Below are positions 11,290 through 20,000 of a stretch of 20,000 bases of DNA, piece by piece. The stretch's first letter is position 1. The number at the start of each line of letters is the position of its first letter. The notes beneath the pieces are model-generated. The model had not been told where the DNA came from, ran no database searches, and saw only the letters and a program-made list of their open reading frames with translations. The DNA is taken from contig KZ538051.1 of assembly GCA_000934665.2 (NCBI GenBank), positions 123,147-143,146 of the forward strand, read 5' to 3'. The stretch is from Catajapyx aquilonaris. Lineage: Eukaryota. Position numbers and translations under genes: made by a program.

Positions 11290-14172
11290 ATGGCGACGGG
11301 CAGAAGGGAACAGCAGAGTAGAGCTTGGTGGACCGATGAAGAGACTGCTCAGCTTCTGATTGCTGTTGGGAAGCCTTCTTCGTTGAGATGCCTGGATGGG
11401 AAGTCCCACAGGAATGCTGCTGCGTTCCAGAAGGTGGCCGAGGAGATGCAGAGGATGGGATGCAACAAGACCTGGCAGCAGATACGCATGAGGTGATGGT
11501 ACCGGTACATCAAAACGTTATGTCTTTGTACAGCAATTATTGTTTCTGTTTATTAGGTGGAAGGCCCTCAAGGCGCTGTACAGGAAGACGAAGCAGGCTA
11601 ATTCCGTTAGCGTCATGGGCCGCTTGGCCCAGTTCTACGATCAGCTTGACGGAATCCTGGGTTCGATGGATGCGAACAATGGCATGGAAATAACTAGAGG
11701 TGAGTTGTCCAGAATAGTTGCGCCAAGTACTTGTACGCTGATGTGTTGTACCCTCTTTATTGTAGATGCGAATGAGAAGGATCCGCTTGCTATGGACTCG
11801 CTGGATTTCGATGCTGGAAGAGAAGGTCAGATCGTTATGAGATTAAGCGTAACTTCTGATTGTATATGTATACATTTTTCTTTGCGCAGATGGCTCAATG
11901 GGGGAAACGAAGGACGTTACTTACTACAATGGTGAGTAACGATGCGAATTAATGCGTGCTATGAGCTTATGCGTTCATTTTCACAGTTTTCATGGAAGAT
12001 ACTAATTCGCCAGCGCAACAGCTCCTGCCCGATATTGTGTTCAAAGATGGCGGCTCTCCTGTTCAGCAACATGCACCAGAAGTAGTGTCGGAAGCGGACA
12101 GTTCTCCGGCGCAGCAAATTCTACCTGATATTGCCTTCAAAGATGTCAGTTCTTCGGATCAGAATCTCCCACCTGAAGATGTCGCTGATGATGACAACTC
12201 TCCTGCTCAGCAACTTGCGCCAGAAGTAGTGTTGAAAGTTGAGAATTCGCCAGATGAAGGACTCACATCTCCTGGTAAGCGCAGGTGGTAGGGAAAGTAC
12301 TGGTAAATTAGTTCACAACTGGAATGTCTTGAAATGTTGAGGAATTTTTGCTGGATACTGCTGTAAGAAATTTAATTTTGCTCTAAAAAAGGGGGGGAGA
12401 AGCGGTTTTCATGTAAAATGCGAGAGTCACTATGTAAGTTTTGCATCACATTTTCCTGCAATCTACTGTTCATGAAGGCCAATTATAATATATTTAAAGC
12501 GATATTAAACCATTAGTTACACAACATTGATGTTCGAGGTCATTTTGTGCTATTTCGTCAATGGCCCATGCGTATAATTACAGCCTCCTTTACTGAGCTT
12601 TGTCTGTACAGTGGTTGGTCATAAATCGAGGCAACTGCCAGCGACATTTTCCGAAGCGGCAGAAGAAGGAATCTTGCTCGCCCATGCTTGACGTATGCTT
12701 ATCTTCGATTCCTTCTTCTGCCGCTTCGGAAAATGTCGTTGGCGGTTGCCTCGATATATGACCAATACTGTACTTCTCGAATTATTTCATTGTCATGGTT
12801 ATGAACGGCCTGCCAAGAGCGGTTGGCTTCAAAAGGTTTCAAAAGTGCGAGTGTGAAGTATTCGGTTTTTGCCTGATTTGTCTGCCGCTGTGGCCCTCAC
12901 ATGAGATACCAGTTCCGCTGTCCACCAAAAAATGTGGTGCGAAACTGGCATGAGTTCACCGAATTTTTTCTATCCCTAACCAATTAGTCATAAATGAGAT
13001 GATAGGCATGTATCCGCTGGCTTAACACCTGTAGTATTGGTCAAATGTTGTTATGTACACTTTCACTTGCATTTCATATGAGTGGGGCATCCATAATAAT
13101 ATTGGCCAACAGTACAGTACTTGTAAAGCAGTGGCACATCATGAAACTATCGACAAAACTTGCAAAATTAGCTCACCTGTAATTTAGGCAGGACAAAAAA
13201 AAAAAAAATCTGTCGTTTTCTTCTGCAGTCTCCTTGTTGCTAAATATACCAGAAAAAGCCGAGGTGAGGTGACATTGAGTCTGTTATATTGGGAGTGAAA
13301 ATACATGGTGGGACCAGACATTCGAGTCTGTTGTAACTGAAAGTCCGGGTTATAACCCGAGGCTGTTATATCCGGAGTCAACTGTCTCACTATATGCTAA
13401 AACTTACATGATTTTATTGTACAATTTCAGAACCGTCAACTTCAGCTGAGGTGACTAATGCATCAGTGACTCCATGTGTTGGGTTGAATTCCACAAAACC
13501 AGGTGGGAAGTTCACTGTTGCACATCCAGTTATTTTTTAAGTGCAAGTATTTTTAAAGCAAAGGAGTAAAAAAGTTATGCGTTTCTTTGATTCTTTTGGC
13601 ATGATTCCGATCAAAATGTTTTTGTAAAAGTAAAATTGTAGGGTTGAATTTTCGTCCCACTGCTATAGTTACTGCTAACATTGCAGTACCGATGTTGGTG
13701 ATGGTTACTTCTAGCAGCGCGTTAGCAGTAAGTAGCAGTGGGACTAAAATTCCACCCATAGTGTCCACAACTTCCTGTCACACTGACAACTGGCATTTCG
13801 ACCAAAGTTCTTACCATGTTTTGTTACCATCTAGTGCCTTGTAAAAGAAGAACAGCAGCCTCCAAGCAGGAGCTGGCTCTCCAAAAATACAGCCAACAGA
13901 ATATGGCGACAATGCGGGAACTGCAGAAGGCCCACTGGAAGCGGATGACTGAACTGCGAGAAGAAGACAGAAAGTGGGAGGAGAAAATGATGAACGTATT
14001 CATGGAGAGAAGTGATCGGCAGCAACGCGAAATAATTCAAAGTGTCACTGCTGCCATGCAGCCCTTCATGGCTACCCTAGCCGCAGTGGTCAATAGAACC
14101 AATTCCCACCCACCATCACATTCCCAAGGCCCGGACAAGAACGGAATGTCACACTTAAGTTGGATTGCATGA
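11290..14172 (+). CDS. Myb/SANT-like (trihelix, Myb_DNA-bind_4-type) DNA-binding protein with acidic repeat linker and C-terminal coiled coil, 7 exons, ~381 aa
   Basis: Exons 11290-11492, 11557-11699, 11766-11825, 11890-11931, 11987-12274, 13431-13502 and 13835-14172, GT-AG with phases 2,1,1,1,1,1; 1146 nt open. Domain: WTDEETAQLL..RNAAAFQKVAEEMQRMGCNKTWQQIRMRWKALKALYRK..FYDQLDGILG. The C-terminus is E/K/R/Q/M-rich and helical. Exon 6 and the exact 3' end are less certain. Confidence 0.85.
12609..12770. mobile_element. Tc1/mariner-type (pogo/Tigger-like) MITE, 162 bp, in intron 5 of the Myb/SANT gene
   Basis: TA|CAGT...ACTG|TA termini; ~64-bp near-perfect arms including GACATTTTCCGAAGCGGCAGAAGAAGGAATC and its reverse complement. 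Confidence 0.85.
13641..13757. mobile_element. Small decayed MITE (GGG...CCC termini, possibly PIF/Harbinger) in intron 6
   Basis: The left arm GGGTTGAATTTTCGTCCCACTGCTATAGTTACTGCTAAC matches the reverse complement of the right arm, GGGTGGAATTTTAGTCCCACTGCTACTTACTGCTAAC. The flanks GTA/ATA are an imperfect match. Confidence 0.65.
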
Positions 14173-14659
14173 TCGATAGTAAATCTCAACCAATCGGTTA
14201 ATCCCTGTTTTTGTTGGTAACTGTTCAGAACGATGCAAGGATCTACCACTTGTTCGGAATTGACAATAGATCATGCAACCCAGCCTTAGTGGGCAGAAGT
14301 TTTGGTGTGCCATCGGAGGGCAGGGAGTGTCACATGAGGTGGTTCCATGAGTCCTGTGACACGATATGGTGACAAATAAATGTGATTGTTTTCATTCCTG
14401 CTTTATTATTTTGGAGCAGTTTTATCAGAGGTGGGTAGTTATCTGTTGTGGGGCTGCACGTACGTACTGCGCAGTATCCCGTTAACGTACGTATGAACAG
14501 GCCTAGGTATACTGTACGACCAGCAGTCTTGCTACGCTGTTGGTATAATCATATTTTACTGGACTATTATGAAGGGCTACAGCTAAATCGTCACTTGGTA
14601 TTTTTTTCTGCCTCCTTGCAGTGAGGTTGTGTCATGCCCATAGTAACTTCAATGCGCGA

Positions 14660-14770
14660 GTGCACGTTAAAGATCCCCAGAGTGGCAAAATTTCCAGGAG
14701 GAGGGCCACCCCCTGGCGTCGGTGTTGGGCCTTAGAGGCAGAAATAGGCCGACGTTAAGCCCCACTGATC
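14660..14770 (+). mobile_element. 5'-truncated SINE fragment (Deu/Nin-domain, tick Ruka-like) with 18-bp TSD
   Basis: Direct repeat AGTAACTT(C/T)AATGCGCGA at 14642-14659 and 14771-14788. The insert GTGCACGTTAAAGATCCCCAG..AAATTTCC..GACGTTAAGCCCCA resembles, from recall, the 3' half of Ruka/Deu SINEs. Confidence 0.7.
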
Positions 14771-15349
14771 AGTAACTTTAATGCGCGAATGGAAAAGAAA
14801 CTGTCCATCGCAACATTATTTTATTGATTGTTAGGGATTTGCTTGATCTCTAGCAGTTTCATTGTTAGAATTAATTTTTCATCATACACACATCGCTGGG
14901 TATGACTAATTACAAGGTTGCAACTACATAGTATTTTCATTGCAATTACAACCCTGTTAATTCTCACCCCGCAACCCCCTGATAAATTTCGGGTCAAAAT
15001 TAAACCATTTAATAATAGTTCATTGTTAATAATTTTTGCATGGATAAAATGAATTATGGAGACAATGTGGCGAAAATAATGTGCCAAATTTCCTCGCCAA
15101 AATGAGCCAATGAGAAAGGGTCAAAGATTGGCCCAATAATCATCACTGTACTATCATGATTGGGTTGCGCTTTCCCGCCTTTTTTTCTCTCTCTTTTTGC
15201 GAATCCTGTGTACTTGCAATTAGCGGTCAGTCACTTTCTCGTACAGGTGTCAGTGACCTTCTCAAGGGGGTCGTTGCCCCAGGGCCGACCGCCTCTGGCA
15301 CCGGAACGTTCGCGGGGGTCCACAAGCGGCATATCGGGGACTTCATCAG

Positions 15350-15800
15350 GGTCGACCGCTGTAAGTATAGGGTCACACCAAGGTCACACTCATGTAATTT
15401 CGCAGGGTTTTGCAGGAGACCGGTCCAGGCTGGTCCAGGGGCAGACAAGGGGCAAATAGGGTGCGTGTTTGTGGGGTTGGGGTGATGACCAACATGACAG
15501 GGGCAAGGGGGGGTAACCACATCCCCCAAAAAGTGCACACCAGTTCCTGGAACCGGGCTCGCTTATTATTATTGATTTGTCCATCTTGTTTTGTTTCTTT
15601 CATGGTAAGACGTTTGCTGCTTCTGCACACACCTGACCTCATGGGCACCAGTGTACAGGGTGTACCGGAAAGGTACTTGGGAGTCTGTCTTTTATGGGAT
15701 GACGAAACTAATGTTTTTGGCTTCTCATTGGGATGACTTTGACCTGATTCTGAGTATGGACACCCTGTACCGCACGACCACCGTTGGAGAGAAGACATAA
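15350..15800 (+). pseudogene. Possible heavily decayed Ty3/Gypsy gag-protease remnant
   Basis: Broken frames give a zinc-knuckle-like CLWGWGDDQHDR (~15466), then GKTFAA, GKVLGSLSFMG* and MFLASHWDDFDLILSMDTL (compare retropepsin FDxILGMDWL), with stops and frameshifts. Pattern recognition only. Confidence 0.3.
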
Positions 15801-17401
15801 TTATTCTGATCATGTGGTTACATTAGTGTGACGGCATCCAATGTCATGTCTGTGTATATCCCACTCTCATCATTATAGCCTAATATTTGGCATATAAGGT
15901 GTCATGTGTGTGTGGACCAGACGTGTCTCGTTGGTATAGCCTGACGCTGATCTGCCACATGATTATTGATGCTTCGAAGGTCAAAGGTGAGAAGGGACAT
16001 GAAAAGACATCCGGATATAAGGCTGCGATGCAAGGGGAATAATTCAGAGGTGTTGTAAGATGACCCCGTGTATTGTTGCCCAGGATGTCCTTTTCAACCC
16101 GAATCTTTGTGGACCACTTGAGCTTATTCTATACTTACTTAATTATTATTGTTATTATATTAAATGTGGAATGAAATGTCTAGAAGTGTATAGTGATGCC
16201 CAAGCAGACTGACAAGAGACATTTTAGTAAATCAGTATGAATAGCTCAGTGTGGTCCGAGGTCACTATATGAACTGACTTCTTACATGTAGAGTCAGTGC
16301 GTGTAACCAGAGTACGACGAAAGAAGAAAGAAAGAAAGCAACGTGGGATCTGCGGGGCCAAGATAAGGAAAGTACAATACGTATTTTATATAATACTCAC
16401 CAACCTCTGTGAATGATAAGCAATATTGTCACAGTCATATTTCAGGTACACGCAGGTATACACAGCCACCGTAATCTTAGCGGAAGAGATCAGTCAAAAG
16501 CTGATGTAGACGTAGGTGACTTTCTCAATGTGGCACATGTTGAAAGTATATAGATTGGTCATACTGCCTAAAATTTGCCTAAGAGAAAAACACAGTATGT
16601 CAGATAAGCGGAGATGATGTTGATTTTCGTGCCCTTCATGTTACTTCTCGGTAAGTATAATTCCCCCTTAGTTTCTTACAGTGCAGCCAAGAGTTTATTC
16701 TCCAGAAGTAACCTAACGTCAAGTAGCATATACCTTAATTACAAAAATGCACCAATAGTGTCATCCTATTTTGACAATTTGTTCATAAAAGATGTATTGA
16801 TGAAACAACCAATGTCTGGTTTGTTGGGTTATTCCATTGCTTTTCTTCATTTGCAAACTTTGCAGATACAAGTTGCAGACAACTAGTGCGGTTCTCGTGG
16901 GGTAGATGGAGCCGATGAAGCCATATTTAGGGTAAGAGAAATTACTGTTCTGTACTGTAGATGATCGGTACTGCAGGGTAAAATTACAGCAAGTACTACG
17001 TAGCTATAGTGTTAAGAAATCGTTGCGATCTCCGAACTGAAATATTTATGACGGCATTTAAATTGTGCATCGCATTTATGTATATGTAGGATATTGTTTA
17101 CATCACATATATTTCTTTTCACCATACATTTTTTAAGCAATAGGTGAACCCAAGACAATATAATTTATTTAAAGTTATAGGCTTCAACATTTGTGCAAGT
17201 GTTGCATATTATAGGGATGTCAACAATACAGCGCCACTTACAAAGGGCCTGTATATTTCCCTCAAGTTTGAACAGTATCATACACATACTTTGTATATAC
17301 ACAACTGACTCAAAGGGTTTCAGTTCAGACTTTTTGCTATTTCATTTTGCAATCTCAATATGAGGCATGTACACATATTACACACATGATGACCGCACGT
17401 C

Positions 17402-19842
17402 TCACAGCCTCTCGTCTTCCTCTGCTGCATCTTCCTCTTTGTCAGTCGGAATTATTTCGGGCTCATCGCAAAAAGTGACCGCCGATTTCCTTCTGGTTCC
17501 GTCACCTCCGAGTCTCGCCTGCAAAAATGTGCCAATAAACAATTCGCGAATTTGCAGCATTCAAGACTATTTTCTCTCCAGTTTTGGACTGTGTGCTATC
17601 TATCCCTTCTTTGAGGTATAATATTCAGATGAATGAGGTCGACTCACCCTCTCTTCCTTGTCGTAGTCGACAGGTGGCTCAGACATCATCGCAGTCGGAG
17701 CAGCCCCGTTTGGCTTGTGGATTTCCGGTGCGACACTTTGACCGAACGTGACTTCCTTTTCGCTGTCACGTCGGCTCAGGGCCGCGAACGAAGAAGGGCC
17801 TCCGTTGGATCGGGAGCTTACAAATGTCGGTTTGCCTGCAGACAAGTCTCCGTCGGTGCTGCTCCTGAAAATCAGGAAAATTATTCAAAAGAGGTCATAA
17901 AGATTTTCAAACTCTGCCACTGCAAACTAATATATTGCAAATCTAGCAAAAGACAATTAAAAATCACATTTTTTGTAAAAAAAAAAAGAAAAAATATGGA
18001 TGCTCTTTATAGGCCTACTATTACGCGACTATGATACGCGATCCAAAAAAATGTTGATTATTATAGTAGTCCAATCCGAATGAGCCCTTGGTCGTAATCT
18101 AAAACAACGAGCACAATATTAAGACACACTATATTATTTTAGTACTAGCAGGACACCCTGCGTTGCTCAGGTTATGAAATTCTTTGAATGAATTGATGTA
18201 TCGATGAATCGAAGCTACATCTGGGGTTCCTGCTTTTCTGCCACTTCGCCTCCTGCGGCCAAGGATGACCTCGGAGGTCAAGTCCAATATGCTAAAAACC
18301 TTCCCCGTTAAAAACTACCCCTAATGATCTCCCTGGGGCATATGTCGAGGCCTCCGTATTGATTTGCATCGGGGACGTACAGACATATGTTTGGAAATAT
18401 ATGTATTAGATCAATTACCTGTCTCGAGCGTCCAGAGACATTTGGCCTCCGTATTGCTTAGTCCAATGCGAATCTGGAGCTTCCGCAACTCGCTTCCTTG
18501 TTTGGTTCCTGTAAATTTCTGAAGTCAATTAAAATGTTTCATGACCCATTTTTAAAACAGGTATAAGGTTGGGGGGGGGGGATTTCCGAGACAAATTGTT
18601 CCACAGTAAATAATCAACTTAACGATGTCAAAAAAATATGTTTAGGGCATACTGTACCATCAGCACAGTTTGTAGAAAATTTCATCTTGCTCTAGTTCTG
18701 ATGGTTTTATATAGCTCCATGATAATGAGAGGTCGGAGATTTCCCTTCTTTATATACTGACTGTACGAAATATTTCCACTCCATTAGTATACCTGTAGAT
18801 GTGATAGATTGCTATGGCTAGAAGACCAGCGAGTGCTAGTGACATGACCACAGCCAGAGCGATGACCACAGGTGTGTCTGACCGGGTCACTTCCTCTGTT
18901 CCCCCGCTTCGTGGAAGGTCACTTACTACTTGTAACATGCCACTCACATCTTGATGATTCTTTTGCACCCACCTGATTGACAGACAACAATCATATTAAT
19001 AATTATATGAAGGCTTATTCATGCTAGTATAACTTACAGTTGGAAATCCTTGAACCTCATTGGCTCATTTTTGGAGTTAAACGCGTACATATACACAGTC
19101 GAGTCTCCTGTGAATGCATCTAATGCTGAGTTGACAAACACTTTTTCCACGCTCCCCTTTCCGCCTAATTTGGAGTTAAGGATGTGGATTTTATGGTTCG
19201 TGTCATTTAGTTTTTGGTTAATGAACTCGACTGCTTCTGAAGGTCTCTTGTTCTTCACTATCAGCATGAATATGTTGTCTCTCTCCAGCCCTTGCACCTG
19301 TGTAGGAAGAGTCCATAGGCACTTATTTATTTACTAGTGGTGAACCCGTTGCCAAAATTTGGCAACACTGCCCAGCCTTCCAGTTGTACGTAGTACTAAA
19401 TGCCACAACTAAATGGCGCGCATCTTCCCTCTCTGCACACGTGGCAATTATGGTAACTACATGCACCTAGGTGATGAGTGAACGCGTGATGTACGGACAA
19501 AGTGACGCCTAGCCAATTTTAGATGCGATTTATGTTTAAAATTAATTCAGATTGTTTTGTGGCCAGCATTAGAGCCAAAGACATATTTTATGCTTCTCGT
19601 ATAATAGCCTACTCATAATAGTGAGCACATACCTTGACATTAATCTTTGATGAATTCAGGTTAGGAGGAGGTGGAGTCGAATAGTTAGTTGGATTGGAAG
19701 CCACCACAGTGAAGGTGCATATATGGCAGTCCGTCGAAGCATCCGTCGGATACACGTTGCCATGGTCATCCACTTGAAACTCGCTAGTGTCGGTCAGTGA
19801 GTACTTGACCTTCCCGTTTTCGCCTTCGTCCAGGTCAACAGC
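17402..19842 (-). CDS. Cadherin-superfamily protein, 3' portion (last EC repeat, membrane-proximal domain, TM, cytoplasmic tail); continues beyond the window
   Basis: Exons 19842-19633, 19297-19038, 18972-18793, 18508-18419, 17864-17648 and 17518-17402, GT-AG with phases 0,2,2,2,0; 357 aa partial. Cadherin motif AVDLDEGENGKVKYSL..FQVDDHGNV; TM VVIALAVVMSLALAGLLAIAIY; the tail ends ..RRKSAVTFCDEPEII..EEDERL*. Confidence 0.9.
18145..18410 (-). mobile_element. Non-autonomous Helitron (266 bp) in a cadherin intron
   Basis: The minus strand begins A|TCTAATACATATA and ends with the hairpin CCTGAGCAACGCAGG followed by GTGTCCTGCTAG|T. Inserted between A and T with no TSD. Confidence 0.78.
19334..19523 (-). 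mobile_element. Probable second small Helitron in a cadherin intron
   Basis: The minus-strand 3' end has the perfect hairpin GTTGCCAAA-T-TTTGGCAAC, then GGGTTCACCACTAG|T. The candidate 5' end A|TCTAAAATTGG at 19523 is less certain. Confidence 0.55.
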
Positions 19843-20000
19843 CTAAATGCAAAATATTCAGCTAAATAATTGCAATCAGAACGGTCTATAAGAGGGTGTA
19901 CATTAGGGCGGCTCGAAAAACACTTTTTTTCGAAAGTTGTAGTTCGCTAGTGAAAAAAAGTTGCGTTGGGTGATCCTTTTGACAGGAAAAAAATTTGAGT

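Noticed and set aside
16401..16562. Minus-strand frame with an in-frame TGA followed by a GTGAGT donor (selenoprotein or readthrough?)
   Set aside because: No redox motif, no homology recognised, no SECIS identified and no consistent downstream exon.
19904..20000. TAGGGCGGCTC possible DNA-transposon left end
   Set aside because: Truncated by the window edge, so the partner TIR and TSD cannot be checked.

Overview
Gene-dense eukaryotic DNA from an invertebrate, probably an arthropod (inferred from compact 53-75 bp GT-AG introns, gene content and a tick-Ruka-like SINE fragment). Six spliced genes were reconstructed by hand with consistent intron phases. (1) CAMLG/GET2 on the minus strand (1605->132), head-to-head with (2) a complete macroH2A histone variant (2859-4584) whose macro domain resembles the ADP-ribose-binding macroH2A1.1 type. 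(3,4) A tandem pair of divergent paralogous small membrane proteins of unknown function (8019->7319 and 9963->9339). (5) A 7-exon Myb/SANT-like (trihelix, Harbinger-ORF1-like) gene with an internal 16-aa repeat exon (11290-14172). (6) The 3' part of a cadherin-superfamily gene (19842->17402). Introns and intergenic gaps hold many short non-autonomous elements: a hAT MITE with a perfect 8-bp TSD, a foldback element, Sola1-like and Tc1/mariner-like MITEs, a tRNA-SINE split by a nested MITE, a truncated Deu/Ruka-like SINE, Helitrons, a possible decayed Gypsy remnant and AT-rich arrays. I found no prokaryote-type or clearly new molecular system. The best leads are the CAMLG-macroH2A linkage, the macroH2A binding pocket, the paralog pair and the orphan Myb/SANT gene. 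All family assignments come from recall and were not checked by database search.
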